Source: an uncultured archaeon
GTDB taxonomy: Archaea > Asgardarchaeota > Thorarchaeia > Thorarchaeales > Thorarchaeaceae
NCBI GenBank assembly: GCA_964558645.1
Contig: CAZLEV010000008.1
Coordinates: forward strand, 32,001 to 96,000
DNA: 64,000 nt
Direction: 5' to 3'
Of this stretch, positions 10,148 to 19,757 are shown one piece after another. The notes beneath the pieces were generated by a model, which worked only from the letters and a program-made list of their open reading frames with translations, had not been told where the DNA came from and did not search any database. The translations under genes were made by a program, and so were the position numbers. Within the stretch, counting starts at the first letter, position 1. The number at the start of each line of letters is the position of its first letter.

Positions 10148-11992
10148 TTAGATGAGCAGTACTGTGGCGGCCGACAGCAAGAATGTGAGTCCTGCAGCGC
10201 CCAATCCCACTCGCTTTGCTATACGGGCAGCCTCGACAATGTCTTGAGTAAGAATATCAAATGCTTTCTCCCCGAATACTCTCAACTCCTTCGCCTGGCC
10301 GAATGCCATCCCTACCTCTACAGGTCTCAGCTTTTCCCGTGCCTTCGTGGTGGCTGTAATGATTGAATCCAGGATTTCGTCAGGTTTGTGTCTCCCGATG
10401 GGTGGATAGCCGCTGCTTGACAGTGAGATTGCATTGACAACGTGGGTGTCCGTAGTCGTTAGTTCCACTTTCTCGAATCCCTGTTCCTTGATAATGCTGA
10501 TTGCTCTCTCTCTGTAACCCGGCTCCATATTGTTACCGTCGATGAACAACAGGACGGACTCTGTCTCTCCCACTCTCAACACTAGGGCCACTATTCCGCC
10601 AGGGCCCAGACCATCTTTGAGGTCTATGCCATCGGGCGTTACTCTGTATATCCCGGCGCTCACCTCATGATGTGGCCCGTTAAAAGTAGAGAATGCTGCG
10701 CTTGAAACTGCACCAACATATTCATCTGCCTCAGGGTCACCCCTCATGACCGAGACTGCCTCATCATCTATGCAGTTATGTGCGTCCACAATAGAGACCT
10801 GATTGATAGACTGGAGTCTGCTCCTCACCATTTCGGCCGCATCCATTCCCACACTTAGAGAGATATCATCGGTGAACTGTGGAGCGCTGGTGGTGATGCA
10901 CAGGGCGTTATCACCCACAAAGAGTGTCCAGACCTTGAACTTACCAAGATCTGTCCAGTGAGGCCCTGAAACCTTTCCGACTGTCTCAGCCTCTCTCACA
11001 AGTCTGTCAATCTCTGACAGGATGATTGGAATGTCTTCTTTCGTTGTGAGGTTCTGATGATGAGTGCAAGTTCCGTGCATCACAAAGGCAGGAACTCCAT
11101 GATGTTTGCGGATATGAGCAATGATCTCGCTTGGAAGGCCGCTACTGCCGATGTCCCTGAATGGGCCCGGATGTATGTATAAAACTACTCCAACAGCGAA
11201 CAACTTGCCCTCTGACTTCAGAACCATGACCTCCACAGGAACATCCTGTTTGGTGTGGATTTGGGTGAGCGTTCGTTCTAGCGGTTCAGGGTTGCCTATC
11301 AGATAGTCGTATCCGAAGGCTCTCAAGAGGGCCGGACCATCTATACCCAGGTCTCGTTCGAAGGGTCTACTGACAGATCTGAATATCCAATAGACCGAAG
11401 CAGACGCAACCCCGTACATAAGAAGCACTCCCGGAATCCAGAATGCCGGCAGAGATGGGAACGTGTCCGTATAACTCTGAAGAAACAAGGTGAGTGAGAA
11501 CCAGGTAAGTGGGAATACCAATGCCGCGGCTAGGTTGCGGAGTGCATGATGGTCACTCAGACCCGTGACAAGGAATGCGAACATCATGTATCCGAGCGTC
11601 ATGCCAAGAATCAACAATCGTACTGTGAAGTAGTCCATGCCAAGAATCGCATCTATAGACGCTCCGATGACACCGAAACCCAACCACAGTAGGGTGCCGA
11701 ACTGGGTTGCACCAAAGGTCCTGCGCGGATCGAGTGGTGACCCTTCCTTTCTCACAAGGAGATAGAGGATAGCTGAGCTTAGGAAGACGGTCACGCTGAA
11801 GATTGCTGTATTGTGAAAGAAAGAATCGATTAACGTACTACCTGGTACTACTTGGGCCCTGAAGAATGATATGAGAAGACTTGCCAGGACAATCATGCCC
11901 AGAATCCTCACGAGGATCCCCGGGAAGGTTGGAAGTTGCCATACTTTGGAGTAGAGTCCCACTGTTTCCTTGACCTTCGCCTTTTCGCCCAT
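10148..11992 (-). CDS. DUF2070 family membrane protein
   Basis: N-terminal TM helices; IHPGPF, HGTCTH, VDAHN, DGNNM and TTDTH motifs. Likely start is the ATG at 11992 (track 12091). Confidence 0.85.
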   Translation of the reverse strand: MGEKAKVKETVGLYSKVWQLPTFPGILVRILGMIVLASLLISFFRAQVVPGSTLIDSFFHNTAIFSVTVFLSSAILYLLVRKEGSPLDPRRTFGATQFGTLLWLGFGVIGASIDAILGMDYFTVRLLILGMTLGYMMFAFLVTGLSDHHALRNLAAALVFPLTWFSLTLFLQSYTDTFPSLPAFWIPGVLLMYGVASASVYWIFRSVSRPFERDLGIDGPALLRAFGYDYLIGNPEPLERTLTQIHTKQDVPVEVMVLKSEGKLFAVGVVLYIHPGPFRDIGSSGLPSEIIAHIRKHHGVPAFVMHGTCTHHQNLTTKEDIPIILSEIDRLVREAETVGKVSGPHWTDLGKFKVWTLFVGDNALCITTSAPQFTDDISLSVGMDAAEMVRSRLQSINQVSIVDAHNCIDDEAVSVMRGDPEADEYVGAVSSAAFSTFNGPHHEVSAGIYRVTPDGIDLKDGLGPGGIVALVLRVGETESVLLFIDGNNMEPGYRERAISIIKEQGFEKVELTTTDTHVVNAISLSSSGYPPIGRHKPDEILDSIITATTKAREKLRPVEVGMAFGQAKELRVFGEKAFDILTQDIVEAARIAKRVGLGAAGLTFLLSAATVLLI

Positions 11993-12141
11993 TTCTTCTA
12001 TCTCCGATTTCAGACTGCTCGACTCAGCCTGTCTTATAGAGATTCCCGTAATCCTGAAACTGGGCACCGCATCAGCAGCTTTATATCGCATTCGATAATG
12101 AACGCGTCAAGAATTATCGTATTCGATATTATCATGAATGG

Positions 12142-12669
12142 ATGGTTGCGATGTCGCCAGACTGTGAATGCCCTGAGGGAAGATTACCCCATGCTGTACC
12201 GCGGGGATTGCTCAGATTCGTGATTCTGAAGCTGTTGGAGTCACAAGAGCTGTCTGGTACAGGCATTGCGGACATCCTTGAGGAACGTAGTAAGGGTGCG
12301 TGGCGACCAAGCCCCGGCTCTACCTATCACTTGCTGTCGGACCTTCTAGAGCGGGGGCATATTGAGGAAGCCAGGACCGAGGGTCGAACCATCTTCTACC
12401 GCCTATCCAATGCGGGTTCAGATGCACTAGACAACCTGTATGACCAGAAGAAGACACTGGACAAGCGAGCTGCTGTTGGGCCTATGCTCTGGCTCTCGGT
12501 TCTTGATCCAGAAGACAGAGTTCAAGCGCAGCTCCATCACTTGGATGGAGTAACAGAACGGCTGGCAGATACGTTCTCGCACCTCGATGAGGACGAGAGG
12601 GCGGCGCACAGAGATGAACTCAGGACAATCTACAAACGTCTATCCAAGATTATCAAAGACACACAATAA
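12142..12669 (+). CDS. PadR family transcriptional regulator
   Basis: RGLLRFVILKLL...WRPSPGSTY wHTH motif; directly upstream of the ABC exporter genes. Confidence 0.9.
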   Translation: MVAMSPDCECPEGRLPHAVPRGLLRFVILKLLESQELSGTGIADILEERSKGAWRPSPGSTYHLLSDLLERGHIEEARTEGRTIFYRLSNAGSDALDNLYDQKKTLDKRAAVGPMLWLSVLDPEDRVQAQLHHLDGVTERLADTFSHLDEDERAAHRDELRTIYKRLSKIIKDTQ

Positions 12670-12684
12670 CCACGAGGTATCGCC

Positions 12685-14529
12685 ATGACAGAAGACAATA
12701 ATGAACGAAACTCCGCTTTCCGCTACATGCTTGGGGGACTGGCTCGAAATCCTGGAGTCATCATTGGAGCCCTGATTCTCACTGTTATCTCAGCATTCAT
12801 CATGGCTCTGCCAAATGTGCTTCTGGGACAGGCCGTCAACATTGTCACTACCGCAGGTTTCACCGCAGATTTCGTCAACCTTGTCATAGAGATTGCTCTT
12901 CTAGCACTCGTCTACATGGGCATGTACTTCGTGGTCGGATATGCTTGGGCCGTTGTGACCCTGAGATGGGAACGCGATGCACGACAGGACTTCTTTGAGG
13001 CTCTACAAGAGTTCAGCATGACCTTCCATGATGTCATTGATAGCAAGAGATTGCTCTCGGTTGCCATGCAGGATATCAACTGGGTACGCCTCTCACTGAA
13101 TCCTGCTCTCCGCAATCTGGCATATAGTATTGCATCTTTCGGAATAACGGCCCTGTTCTTGATGTCCTATGATCTAACACCGGGACTGGCAGGTCTCCTT
13201 AGCTTGGGCGGAGTTCCTATTCCAGTGTTTACGTTGATTATGGCTATTGGCTCACCACTATATCTGTGGTTTGCCTACCAGTATGCAAACGCCGTTGAGC
13301 CAGTTCGCCGAGCCCGGTCCGAACAGATGGAGAATCTCACTTCAGTGTCGCAGGGTGTATTCCGGGGCATAGAAGTAGTTCGGGCTTTTGGGAAGGAGGC
13401 GAGCGAGAAGGACAAGTTTCAGAGAGTTAGCAATGAATACAAGGAAATGGTGACTCAGGAGGGCAGACTGGCTGCGTTCTATATTCCCGCCTTGGTTCTC
13501 ATCGCAATGACGACCTTATCTTTCTTCTATGGAGGTTACGCAGTGCTGGTCGGTGCGTTGGATGTTGGTACACTCACGTCTGTTCTTGCTCTTCTGCTAT
13601 CTCTTCAGGGTTTCAATTTCATGTTACCTAGGATGTTGCTGATGCTGCGAGGTGGTTACGTGAATGCCCAGAGGATTGTCAAGATTCTCAACTGGGAGGA
13701 TCCAATGGAAGAACCCCAAGAAGAGGCAACTGGTTTGGATTGGGGAAACGATATCATCTTCGATGCTGTGAGTTTCAAGTACACCTCTGATAATGGGAAC
13801 AGTGACCACTATGCATTGAAGGATCTCAACATTACGATTCCCGGCGGTTCAAGAGTGGCTCTTATTGGTGGTCCTGGCGGCGGAAAGAGCACAGTACTCA
13901 AGCTCCTGCTTCGGTTATATGACCCTGACGAGGGTCGTGTTCTCGTCGATGGGGTTGACTTACGAAATGTTAAGACTTCCACAGTTCGTGACCATGTGGG
14001 GCTTGTTGAGCAGGACATCTTCCTTTTCCGGATGACCGTCAAGGAGAATATTGCTTTCGGCAATTCTGAGGCTTCCCAGGAAGTAGTTGTTGAGGCTGCG
14101 AAACGAGCGCAAGCTCATGAGTTCATTGAGCAGCTCCCCAAAGGATACGATTCAATGATTGGTGAACGAGGGATGACATTGAGCGGAGGACAGCGGCAGC
14201 GGTTAGCGATTGCACGGGCCATTATTCAGGATCCCCAGATTCTTCTCCTCGACGACTCTGTGAGTGCAGTAGATGCACAGACCGAGTACAAGCTTAGGCA
14301 AGCTCTGGATGAGGTCATGAGCGGTCGAACCAGCATTACCGTCACACAGCGCCTCAGAACCCTCTTGGAATCTGATCTAGTGATTATGCTTGATAAGGGA
14401 GAACTGGTTGCAGCCGGTCGCCACGAGGAGCTTCTGAGGGCATCAGAAGAATACCGTCTGATATTCGAAAAGCTACCCGGAGCTGAAGCACTTCTCAAAG
14501 GCGTTACCGTTCGCGGAGGTGCCTCATAA
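12685..14529 (+). CDS. ABC exporter half-transporter (TMD+NBD), degenerate subunit
   Basis: GGPGGGKS and LSGGQ; Walker B is LLLDDS and the switch is TQRL (E to D, H to Q). Confidence 0.93.
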   Translation: MTEDNNERNSAFRYMLGGLARNPGVIIGALILTVISAFIMALPNVLLGQAVNIVTTAGFTADFVNLVIEIALLALVYMGMYFVVGYAWAVVTLRWERDARQDFFEALQEFSMTFHDVIDSKRLLSVAMQDINWVRLSLNPALRNLAYSIASFGITALFLMSYDLTPGLAGLLSLGGVPIPVFTLIMAIGSPLYLWFAYQYANAVEPVRRARSEQMENLTSVSQGVFRGIEVVRAFGKEASEKDKFQRVSNEYKEMVTQEGRLAAFYIPALVLIAMTTLSFFYGGYAVLVGALDVGTLTSVLALLLSLQGFNFMLPRMLLMLRGGYVNAQRIVKILNWEDPMEEPQEEATGLDWGNDIIFDAVSFKYTSDNGNSDHYALKDLNITIPGGSRVALIGGPGGGKSTVLKLLLRLYDPDEGRVLVDGVDLRNVKTSTVRDHVGLVEQDIFLFRMTVKENIAFGNSEASQEVVVEAAKRAQAHEFIEQLPKGYDSMIGERGMTLSGGQRQRLAIARAIIQDPQILLLDDSVSAVDAQTEYKLRQALDEVMSGRTSITVTQRLRTLLESDLVIMLDKGELVAAGRHEELLRASEEYRLIFEKLPGAEALLKGVTVRGGAS

Positions 14530-16613
14530 TGTCTCACACAAGGGGTGGCCCGGGCAGATGGACTCGAGAGAAACGCAAACGAAGCCGTTCAGTCGGTCTT
14601 CTGCTCCGGCGAATGCTTGGATACTTGGGGGCCTTCAAGAAGATAGTTGCTATAGCCGCGGTGCTATCACTGATGGGAACCTTCTTTGCTGTCATTGATC
14701 CCTTGGTCTTGAGATGGGCGATAGACGAGGTCTTCAGTGCCACAACGACCATGAATGTCCTAATCTATTTGGTGATGCTCTATCTCGTACTCAAAGTTGT
14801 ATCCTGGATACTCAATAGCAGCAATACGTGGATACTTGCCAGTGCGCAAGCAGGACTAGTTCAAGAGGTGCAGTCCGATCTCTACGCCCATCTTGTCGAG
14901 GCAGACCTTTCCTATCACAAGTCTGAGGAGAGCGGAAACGTGACTTCCAGAGTCACATCCGATACGGATGCTCTTGGTATTGGCATCCAGGCAATCGTCG
15001 ATTTCAGTAGCCAGATCCTGTTGATTGGCGGGACCTTTGTTCTCCTGTGGACCACTTCTCCAACCATAGCATTGACTTCACTAGTTGTGATTCCGGGTGT
15101 TGTCTTCATCGCAGTTCTCTTCGGAACTGTAGGTCAGCGTATCATGCTCGCGTCGCGAAGAGCCTATGGTGCAGTATCCGGAAGGATTGCTGAAGACTTG
15201 AGTGGAGTTCAAATTGCAAAAGCATTCAACCGTGAAGATGAGTTGGCAGAAGAGCTGCAGGAACTTAACGAAGAGGCATATCATCATGGCTTCCGCTTCA
15301 TGATATTGATGAGCGCGATGCAGCCTCTTATGCGGTCAATGGGTCAGATTGGCATAGCTGCTGTCCTCTTTGTGGGTGGATCTATGGTCACCGGTACCAC
15401 ACCGCTTCTCACCGTGGGTGAGCTCTTTCTGGGTGTAATGCTTGTCAATCGGTTCATGTGGCCGATTCTCGGTCTTGCGCTGATGGCAACAGAGGTCCAG
15501 GCATCATTGGCCGCCATGGATCGAATATCTGATGTCCTAGAGTCAAAACGAGCTATTACGGACGAGCCGGATGCCATTCCCCTGAAACCTGAAAGCGATG
15601 GTATCCGATTCGAGGATGTGACCTTCTCCTATGTTGAAGGAGAAGAAGTGTTGAAAAACGTCACATTTGAAATCGAAGCGGGCAAGACTGTCGCTGTGGT
15701 GGGGCATACCGGGGCCGGTAAGACCACAGTTGCAGCACTGATCAATAGGTTCTATGACCCGGAAGCGGGTCGGATACTCATCGGTGACCAAGACCTTCGG
15801 AAAGTGACTCTTGAATCTCTGCATCAGAATGTCTCTCTCATTCCACAGATACCGTATCTCTTCGATGGCACAATAATGGAGAACATCCGTTACGGAAACC
15901 CCGATGCAACAGATGAGCAGATCAAGGAGATATGCAGACTTATCGGAGCAAGTGAGTTCATTGAAGTACTTGCTGATGGTTACAACACACTCGTGATGGA
16001 GAACGGCAAGAACCTAAGTGCTGGTCAAAGGCAGATGATCACCATCGCTCGAACTATGCTTGCAGACCCGAAGATTCTCATTCTGGATGAAGCCACCAGT
16101 CGCCTTGATGCCTACAGTGAGGCTCTGGTGCAGGAAGCTCAAGAGATACTCTTCTCAGACAGGACAACAATGGTCATAGCCCATCGCCTCACCACAATCG
16201 CCCACGCATCCAGGATTCTAGTCTTTGAGGACGGTGAGATTGTGGAGCGGGGAACACACAAGGAGCTGCTCGACCAAGACGGAGTATTTCGTAGACTCTA
16301 TCAAAGCTACTATGCCCATCAGGGTATTGACGAGCTGACAGAGGAGCTTGCCAGGGTCGCTGAGAAAGAGGTCTCCCGATACGGTAGCAAAGAAGGCTCT
16401 CTCATAGCGCATGGAGGTATGAACCCTCAAAAAGGAGGTATGGCTAGCATGTTGAGTGGAACTGGACCCGACGGTGAACGGATTGTCGAGATGAGCGAAA
16501 TGCTGCCCCCAGATTTGATTGAAGAGATTCATGACAGCGATGGTAAGATATCTCCTGACCTCAAAGAGAGAATCAGGAAGGCTCTGGAAGACACTCCAAA
16601 GGAGGCCGAATAA
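14529..16613 (+). CDS. ABC exporter half-transporter (TMD+NBD), consensus subunit
   Basis: GHTGAGKT, LSAGQ, ILDEAT and IAHRL motifs; partner of the preceding gene in a heterodimeric exporter. Confidence 0.93.
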   Translation: MSHTRGGPGRWTREKRKRSRSVGLLLRRMLGYLGAFKKIVAIAAVLSLMGTFFAVIDPLVLRWAIDEVFSATTTMNVLIYLVMLYLVLKVVSWILNSSNTWILASAQAGLVQEVQSDLYAHLVEADLSYHKSEESGNVTSRVTSDTDALGIGIQAIVDFSSQILLIGGTFVLLWTTSPTIALTSLVVIPGVVFIAVLFGTVGQRIMLASRRAYGAVSGRIAEDLSGVQIAKAFNREDELAEELQELNEEAYHHGFRFMILMSAMQPLMRSMGQIGIAAVLFVGGSMVTGTTPLLTVGELFLGVMLVNRFMWPILGLALMATEVQASLAAMDRISDVLESKRAITDEPDAIPLKPESDGIRFEDVTFSYVEGEEVLKNVTFEIEAGKTVAVVGHTGAGKTTVAALINRFYDPEAGRILIGDQDLRKVTLESLHQNVSLIPQIPYLFDGTIMENIRYGNPDATDEQIKEICRLIGASEFIEVLADGYNTLVMENGKNLSAGQRQMITIARTMLADPKILILDEATSRLDAYSEALVQEAQEILFSDRTTMVIAHRLTTIAHASRILVFEDGEIVERGTHKELLDQDGVFRRLYQSYYAHQGIDELTEELARVAEKEVSRYGSKEGSLIAHGGMNPQKGGMASMLSGTGPDGERIVEMSEMLPPDLIEEIHDSDGKISPDLKERIRKALEDTPKEAE

Positions 16614-17390
16614 CTAGTTCGCAACCTCGAGTCTTCCGGCTATACTAATAGAGCCACCCATGAGGATGTATACCTCTGTTGCTATGAGCCTTGAGAGAAT
16701 TGATGTAGGGTCGCTAGAGAGGACACACCACGAGAAATACTGGACGATGAACAGAAGCGACGCAATGAAGGAGAAACCAAACGGAAGAACCAACAATCCA
16801 CTTCTGAATGTCCACAACAGAACAGCAAGGATTCCTACTATCATCAGGATACCAACGCCTACGGGAATACACACTGCAATGTCTATGAGAGTTCTACCCG
16901 GGGAGACGATTGCACCGAATATCTGAGTCAGGAGAACTCCTGAAACTGAAACAAGTGTTATCAGGAGCAGTATGTCTCTCGGTTTCGCTGCAGCTATCGT
17001 GTTCCGGCAGACAATGAGATACCTAGTGGTGCCTATTCCCCATAGAAGAACACCCGGGATGAGGAGGAGGGATATTGTGAAATAGAACTCCTGGCCCCTT
17101 GGCATGCTTGATATGATTGTCGTTCCAATCTCAGCAAGGGTCAGGACGATAAGCCCCAAGGCGAGAAGAAGATTCATCGAGTTGAATCTATCTTCGAGTC
17201 CATAATCGTTTCGTGCAAATCTGATGAGGCCCAGAACTCCCGGTACCAGAGCTGCAATCGGAGCAGAGATGTTCAGAAACATAATTGGGCTACCGACAGA
17301 TTCCGACGAATCCAAGGCAAGGACGATGATGAGCATCGATGCCGCGAGCAGGACGAACACAGACACAACATAGACCATCTCCTTTTTCAA
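16614..17390 (-). CDS. Polytopic membrane protein (about 7-8 TM), unknown function
   Basis: Successive hydrophobic helices. Confidence 0.75.
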   Translation of the reverse strand: MKKEMVYVVSVFVLLAASMLIIVLALDSSESVGSPIMFLNISAPIAALVPGVLGLIRFARNDYGLEDRFNSMNLLLALGLIVLTLAEIGTTIISSMPRGQEFYFTISLLLIPGVLLWGIGTTRYLIVCRNTIAAAKPRDILLLITLVSVSGVLLTQIFGAIVSPGRTLIDIAVCIPVGVGILMIVGILAVLLWTFRSGLLVLPFGFSFIASLLFIVQYFSWCVLSSDPTSILSRLIATEVYILMGGSISIAGRLEVAN

Positions 17391-17469
17391 TATCGTCCCA
17401 TCCTTATCTCTCTGAGCAGAACTGGTTGAATTTGTTTCTTGTGTTCAGCCTCTATCATCTCATAGGTTT

Positions 17470-18672
17470 CTAAGACGGTTGAGCTGTGAGTCTTTCCCAC
17501 TCCACCTCATAATTCAAGGTGGGAAATTGTCTCTCTACATCATCTCTGGTGTGTTCTAGTATCTGATTGATTGGATTCACTCCAGTGTAATCACTTATCC
17601 TCTTTGTGATGAACTGGAGCAATGCTCTGAAGCCCTCACTCAGATATCCGGGAGATAGTTTGTCTCGCATAGTTGCTGATGTCAGAGAGCTCCTTATCTC
17701 CACATCTACTCCCTCTTCGAGGTCTACCAAGTGCAACCAAGAATACTGCCCTGTCAGTTTTCCCCTTGAATCATAGAAGACTTTTTTGGCAATGCCGAAG
17801 CCAAGAATCCTTGCGCAATGTTTCAAGACGGATTGGAGAACCGATGAGTACAGGACCAGCCTGGCCTGTGCGGGAGATACTCTTTCTATTGCCTGTTGTT
17901 CAGCCAATTGAGCAATCTCATCGAGGAAGACTCTCATATCTGCTGTCTTGACACGTTCGGCGGCAATAGAGAGTGGGGTTTCTCCGTCGAGCTGAGAGAC
18001 GGCTTTCTCTGTTTCCCACGAGACTGATGTCGGCCCTCTCTCAGACTTCATCAGGGATGTCGCCTGGTAGATGTCGTCAGGCCTTACCGGCGTCGACAGA
18101 GAGATGGTCTTCTCCCAGAGTGCCTCAGCCACCAGATCCAGTGCAACGTCCAGTGGTATCTCAAGAAACTCTGCCGCCTCTTTCACGCTTATCCTGTCGG
18201 GAAGGAGTTTGAGGAAGGCTGTGACTTCGGGGTCGCTGGTAATCATGTCCCAGTTCAGTTTTGGTCGGATGATTGAGTCGGGGTCTATCTGGTCCCGAAT
18301 CAACTCCTCAATTACGTGCTTCTCAAATCGAGTATACACAGCCAAGTCCATGTCAACCCACCTGAGCAGGCCAAACATATCCTCGAATCTCCTGACAAGT
18401 TTCCGGAGTTTCTCCCTAAGGTCTTCGGAATCACGTCGGACCGAGAGTGCCCCCAGTGCCCATTCACCGAACTCAACAACTATCTTGTAGTCGGTTCCTT
18501 CGAAGGCTCTGGCCTTAGATGTGATAGAGTTTGTGGCCTCATCGAAGAACGAGGTCATGGCTACAATGAACGACGATATGAGGTGTGGATCAAAGATGCC
18601 TTGGGCGAAATCTTTGTGGTACATACAGACGCCCGTTTCGCGTTTCATGATGTACAGGCTCCTTGCATCCAT
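17470..18672 (-). CDS. Longin-domain protein with tandem winged-helix domains (NPRL2/NPRL3-like architecture)
   Basis: The N-terminal LYIMKRETGVCMYHKDF...DPHLISSFIVAMTSFFDE...YKIVVEFG segment fits a longin fold. It is followed by two wHTH-like segments (LLPDRISVKEAAEFLEIPLDVALDLV and SQLDGETPLSIAAERV). Confidence 0.7.
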   Translation of the reverse strand: MDARSLYIMKRETGVCMYHKDFAQGIFDPHLISSFIVAMTSFFDEATNSITSKARAFEGTDYKIVVEFGEWALGALSVRRDSEDLREKLRKLVRRFEDMFGLLRWVDMDLAVYTRFEKHVIEELIRDQIDPDSIIRPKLNWDMITSDPEVTAFLKLLPDRISVKEAAEFLEIPLDVALDLVAEALWEKTISLSTPVRPDDIYQATSLMKSERGPTSVSWETEKAVSQLDGETPLSIAAERVKTADMRVFLDEIAQLAEQQAIERVSPAQARLVLYSSVLQSVLKHCARILGFGIAKKVFYDSRGKLTGQYSWLHLVDLEEGVDVEIRSSLTSATMRDKLSPGYLSEGFRALLQFITKRISDYTGVNPINQILEHTRDDVERQFPTLNYEVEWERLTAQPS

Positions 18673-18834
18673 GTAACTCTCTCCGCTGGATTTGTTTCGT
18701 TATGCGGTCCCGTTCGAAACAACCATGTCCAGCTGTTTCAACTTTGCTGCTTTTGAGTATTCTACTGACGTATGTCAAGAAGAGGATATGTCAAGTTCCC
18801 AAGTGCTATAAGCAGAACTCCAGTTCTGCCCGGT

Positions 18835-19440
18835 ATGTCCGAAGAGCAGAACATCAATTGCCCAATATGCGGAACGGGCAGGCTCACCGTCAGCTCGATG
18901 TTGTATAGTGTTCCTTTCTTCAACGAGCTTGCTATGTTCACGATGAGATGCAACACTTGCAATTTCACACACAATGATGTCTTCTCTGCAGAGGACAGAC
19001 CACCAAGTAGATGGACTCTTCATGTGGGCAATGAGCGGCTTCTTCGGGTTCGCGTTGTACGTTCTAGTTCAGGAACCATCAGGATGCCGGAGTTTGGAAT
19101 CGTCATAGAACCTGGCCCCGGTGCTGATTCTTTCATCTCCAATGTTGAAGGAGTACTCTCCCGGACACGCCCTGTGGTCGAGACCGCTGTTCGATTCGCG
19201 GATAAACCTGAGGAGAAGGCCAGAGGGAGAGAGGTGATCGCTATGATTGACGAGGCGCTCGCGGGCAATCTCGAGTTCACTCTTGTCATCGAGGATCCAG
19301 TGGGCATTAGCGGCATTCTTCCGGAGGATATGTCGCTGGTTAGTTTTGACGAATTGACAGAAGAAGAGGCATCGAAACTCAGAGGGGCTCCTGGTTGGCT
19401 GGATACGGTTCGGGATGAGTATTCGGAGCGTAACGGTTAA
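18835..19440 (+). CDS. ZPR1 zinc-finger domain protein (archaeal single-module type)
   Basis: CPICG...VPFF...CNTCNF, RVVRSSSGTI, IEPGP, SNVEG and IEDPVG motifs. Likely ATG at 18835 (track 18772). Confidence 0.92.
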   Translation: MSEEQNINCPICGTGRLTVSSMLYSVPFFNELAMFTMRCNTCNFTHNDVFSAEDRPPSRWTLHVGNERLLRVRVVRSSSGTIRMPEFGIVIEPGPGADSFISNVEGVLSRTRPVVETAVRFADKPEEKARGREVIAMIDEALAGNLEFTLVIEDPVGISGILPEDMSLVSFDELTEEEASKLRGAPGWLDTVRDEYSERNG

Positions 19441-19472
19441 AAAACAACCCAGAACTGATTCTGAACAGGCGT

Positions 19473-19549
19473 GGGCCGATAGATTAGCTCGGTAGATCGC
19501 TTGGTTTGCATCCAAGAGGTCGCGTGTTCAAATCACGCTCGGTCCACCA
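19473..19549 (+). tRNA. tRNA-Ala (anticodon UGC), CCA encoded, no intron
   Basis: Cloverleaf: acceptor GGGCCGA/TCGGTCC with the G3:U70 alanine identity pair, anticodon arm CTTGG-TTTGCAT-CCAAG, T arm GCGTG-TTCAAAT-CACGC, 3' ACCA. Confidence 0.97.
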
Positions 19550-19757
19550 CTTCTTGTTCATCCCACACTGGGTATTGTGTTTATGTCTATACTGCAGAAA
19601 AGCTGTTCACAGCTTAGAAATCAAAGAAATACTGTGGGAACTAGCTGATGATCAGATTCCTGCATAATTGATTGCTCTCTTCCATGCCCGAAGAGGCGGT
19701 TTAATCCAAAACGATATATAGCGCTACTTTTGGCCTGCAACAAAGAGGCAAAAGCAA

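Noticed and set aside
12685-16613. Degenerate motifs in the first ABC NBD as a novel feature
   Set aside because: This is the standard asymmetry of heterodimeric ABC exporters.
19473-19549. tRNA as an integration site for a mobile element
   Set aside because: No integrase and no duplicated tRNA 3' end were seen, and the flanks are housekeeping genes.
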